Shown: positions 61,617 to 64,000 of the stretch, piece after piece
How positions within the stretch are numbered: position 1 is the first letter of the stretch
How the letters are laid out: each line of letters begins with the position of its first letter
NCBI GenBank assembly: GCA_965197475.1
Contig: CBDANF010000003.1
Location: forward strand, 2,208,001-2,272,000
Origin: Candidatus Poribacteria bacterium
GTDB taxonomy: Bacteria > Poribacteria > WGA-4E > WGA-3G
DNA: 64,000 nt
Direction: 5' to 3'
The notes under the pieces: generated by a model
Database searches by the model: none
What the model saw: the letters and a program-made list of their open reading frames with translations, nothing else
Told to the model about the DNA's origin: nothing
Made by a program: the position numbers and the translations under genes

Positions 61617-62708
61617 ATGGGAAAAATAAAATTGGGTATCAGTGATATGTTTTGTCAATGTTATGGCAAAACAGTGAAGGATCCTCTGACAGGCCTGAAA
61701 GACGTTCAGGGCGCAAAAGAGAATCTGCGTCCCAACGATCAGGATGTTCATTTTGAGTCGTTGCCCATTTCCTACCTCACAGCAACAGTAATCAAGAAAG
61801 GTTTGGAAGCAGTCAAGAAAACTCGGTCTTTACCGTTAAAATTAATGTATACTATTCTAATTATACTTTTCTGCATAACCGGTTGTTCCGACATGCCTTA
61901 TACAGGTCCACTGCCAACTCTGACACATTCAATGCTAACACCTGACGATATAGATAAGTATATTGTCTCACCTGATGCTGAAACACTCTGCCTTCAGAAC
62001 AGATCCGATTCAGTTTGCCTAACGCTTATACCAGAAGGAAAAGATCTCACCTCGCCTATAATCCACATTTATCCATCAAGTATCAGTTACGTTTTCTACT
62101 ATGAAGGTAAACCTATCTTGCAAGCGGAAAGACGAACAGATAACACTGATATAATAGAAGATTTGTCAGAGAACGGTAATGACGATCCTACCGGTGGTAA
62201 CAATCCTGGAGACGATAATAATCCCGGTAATGACGATCCTACCGGTGGTAACAATCCTGGAGACGATAATAATCCCGGTGATGACGATCCTACCGATGGT
62301 AACAATCCTGGAGACGATAATAATCCCGGTGATGACGATCCTACCGGTGGCAACAATCCTGGCGGCAATAATAATCCCGGTGATATAATTTCACACTACG
62401 TTTTTAGCAATCCCCCGAATAACTTGAATGGAGACGAATGGATAGTGTGGATATACTACCCTGATGACTACAGCGGTCCGCGTGGACTCCCAGATTCCTC
62501 CGAGGGCTACGGGTTCACGATCGCCGTAGATGGAGGTGAAACAACACAGTTTGCACAAGTTAGCGGAGGTGAACAAGGCCCCGGGGTTCGGCTTATCATT
62601 CAAACGGACCGACCGGAAATATTAGTTACTGTAACGTGGAATCCGCCCTATACTGATCGTTCTGCAACATTTACCCTTAAAAGTAATGTTAACATAGCAG
62701 ATTATTAG
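61617..62708 (+). CDS. Predicted lipoprotein, paralogue 2, with 17-aa repeats
   Basis: ITGC-SDMPYTG; IHIYP..YVFYY; WIVWIYYP. Confidence 0.7.
   Translation: MGKIKLGISDMFCQCYGKTVKDPLTGLKDVQGAKENLRPNDQDVHFESLPISYLTATVIKKGLEAVKKTRSLPLKLMYTILIILFCITGCSDMPYTGPLPTLTHSMLTPDDIDKYIVSPDAETLCLQNRSDSVCLTLIPEGKDLTSPIIHIYPSSISYVFYYEGKPILQAERRTDNTDIIEDLSENGNDDPTGGNNPGDDNNPGNDDPTGGNNPGDDNNPGDDDPTDGNNPGDDNNPGDDDPTGGNNPGGNNNPGDIISHYVFSNPPNNLNGDEWIVWIYYPDDYSGPRGLPDSSEGYGFTIAVDGGETTQFAQVSGGEQGPGVRLIIQTDRPEILVTVTWNPPYTDRSATFTLKSNVNIADY
62178..62381 (+). repeat. 4 x 51-bp coding tandem repeat (NDDPTGGNNPGDDNNPG)
   Basis: Units start at 62178, 62229, 62280 and 62331. Confidence 0.9.
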
Positions 62709-62789
62709 GGTGTATCTCATAAATCTGGTTGTAATATCATTTCTATGTGATTATATTACGCGTTGTGCTAGTTAACATTTGATATGTTT

Positions 62790-62999
62790 AGGACTTACGC
62801 AGCGGGTTCATAAGTCCCTTGATAAAAGGGACTTATACCAAATTAACCCGATTTGTAGCGCGAGGTCTCCGTGCCTCACAATACTGACTTTATCAGAAAA
62901 ATACTAATCCCGTTAATTTGGTATTAGGGGGTTAAAATACCGAAATAACGACTTTTTAAGTCCAATATTTCCTTTTTCTGCTCAATTTGCGTAAGTCCT
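62790..62999. mobile_element. MITE with AGGACTTACGCA TIRs carrying a nested TACCAAATTAAC MITE (62836-62923)
   Basis: AGGACTTACGCA...TGCGTAAGTCCT; inner element flanked by TTA duplication. Confidence 0.75.
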
Positions 63000-63131
63000 G
63001 GTGTTTATATTTCACAGGTTCGTCTCGTTTAGTTTTGAATTTCGCAACTTTTTCAATTCACGACAACATCAAAGGAATAGGATCATATTGATACATCGCG
63101 CATTCCCATTTCCTGCCTCACAACGGCAATA

Positions 63132-64000
63132 ATGAAAAAAGGTTTTGAAATGGTCAAGAAAACTGCACCTTTATCGCTAAGACTAATAGGTAGTATCCTA
63201 ATAATGCTTTTTTGCATTACTGGTTGTTCCGATACGCCTTATACAGGTTCAATGCTACAACCCGGCGATGTAGATAAATATATTTTCTTACATGGTGACG
63301 GAAGAATTTGTCTTTCCAACGGAGTCGATTCAGCCTGCGTAACACTTGTGCCAAAACGAAAGGATAGTGCTGCACCCATTATCCACATTTATCCAAAGCG
63401 CATCGTTTACGTGTTCTATTATAAAGGGACAGTTGTCATGCGTGCGGAAAAAGAGATGGACACTTCTGAGATAAGAGATCAGTTATCAGGAGGCGGTGGT
63501 GGCAATAACGGTAATAATGGAGGTGGCAACAACGGTGGAAATAACGGCGGCAACAATGGAGGGAACAACGGCGACGATGGAAACGGCGGAAACGGCGGCA
63601 GCGATGGAAACGGAGACAGAAACGGCGGAAACGGCGGCAGCGATGGAAACGGAGACAGAAACGGCGAAACGGCGATGGAAACGGCGGCAGCGATGGAAAC
63701 GGCGATGGAAACGGCGGAAACGGCGGCAGCGATGGAAACGGAGACAGAAACGGCGGAAACGGCGGCAGCGATGGAAACGGAGACAGAAACGGCGGAAACG
63801 GCGGCAGCGATGGAAACGGAGACAGAAACGGCGGAAACGGCGGCAGCGATGGAAACGGAGACAGAAATGGGAACGGAGATGGGAATGGCAACAATCCGGG
63901 CACCATCAATGTTGGCAACACCGAGATATCATCACACTACTACTATCATACTCTCGACCCCATAACGGGAGATGGGTGGTTAGTGCAGATATACTACCCT
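63132..64000 (+). CDS. Predicted lipoprotein, paralogue 3 (partial; frameshifts in and after the repeat)
   Basis: ITGC-SDTPYTG; the window ends in GDGWLVQIYYP, matching the paralogues, in a frame other than the called ORF. Confidence 0.65.
63490..63895 (+). repeat. Gly/Asn-rich coding repeats (GGNN units, then ~39-bp GNGGSDGNGDRNG units)
   Basis: GGAAACGGCGGCAGCGATGGAAACGGAGACAGAAACGGC repeated. Confidence 0.85.

Noticed and set aside
62178-63895. Possible CRISPR arrays
   Set aside because: The repeats are contiguous, codon-length multiples, lack unique spacers and lie within ORFs; no cas genes are present.
63665-63965. 'METETETAETAAA' repeat protein and antisense Pro/Phe-rich ORF
   Set aside because: These are alternative-frame readings of the Gly/Asn repeat after a frameshift; the paralogue motif WLVQIYYP lies in another frame.

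Overview
This is a gene-dense chromosomal window from a diderm bacterium. It is most likely Candidatus Poribacteria (inference from the C-terminal 'VEPAGKLTTIWADIK' motif at ~58 kb and the repeat families). It has a housekeeping backbone (tatA/tatC, pgeF-yggS-proC-yggT-[ileS-like]-lspA, fmt-PASTA-rpe-rsmE-mtaB, nadB, valS, hpf-rpoN-lptB-lptA-lptC-lpxL, dapA/dapF/dusB, nfo), two complete IS elements (IS1595, IS630), an ISAs1 remnant, many MITE/REP-like repeats and accessory islands. Main observations: (1) an intact 860-aa IleRS homologue sits at the ancestral ileS position but has lost HIGH, KMSKS and the editing motifs while keeping four CxxC sites, so it looks like a pseudo-synthetase. (2) A co-oriented cluster holds a 2-TM coiled-coil protein, two PspA/ESCRT-III-like paralogues, an HDxxGH protein and a classical AAA+ ATPase, a candidate membrane-remodelling system. 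(3) A UGSC selenoprotein with a SECIS-like hairpin was split by the ORF caller. (4) Sigma-54 carries a ~95-aa insertion. (5) There are nested MITEs. (6) Three paralogous lipoproteins differ in a Gly/Asn/Asp repeat linker. Single-base homopolymer frameshifts from 54 to 64 kb look like assembly errors. No rRNA, tRNA or CRISPR array was recognised.
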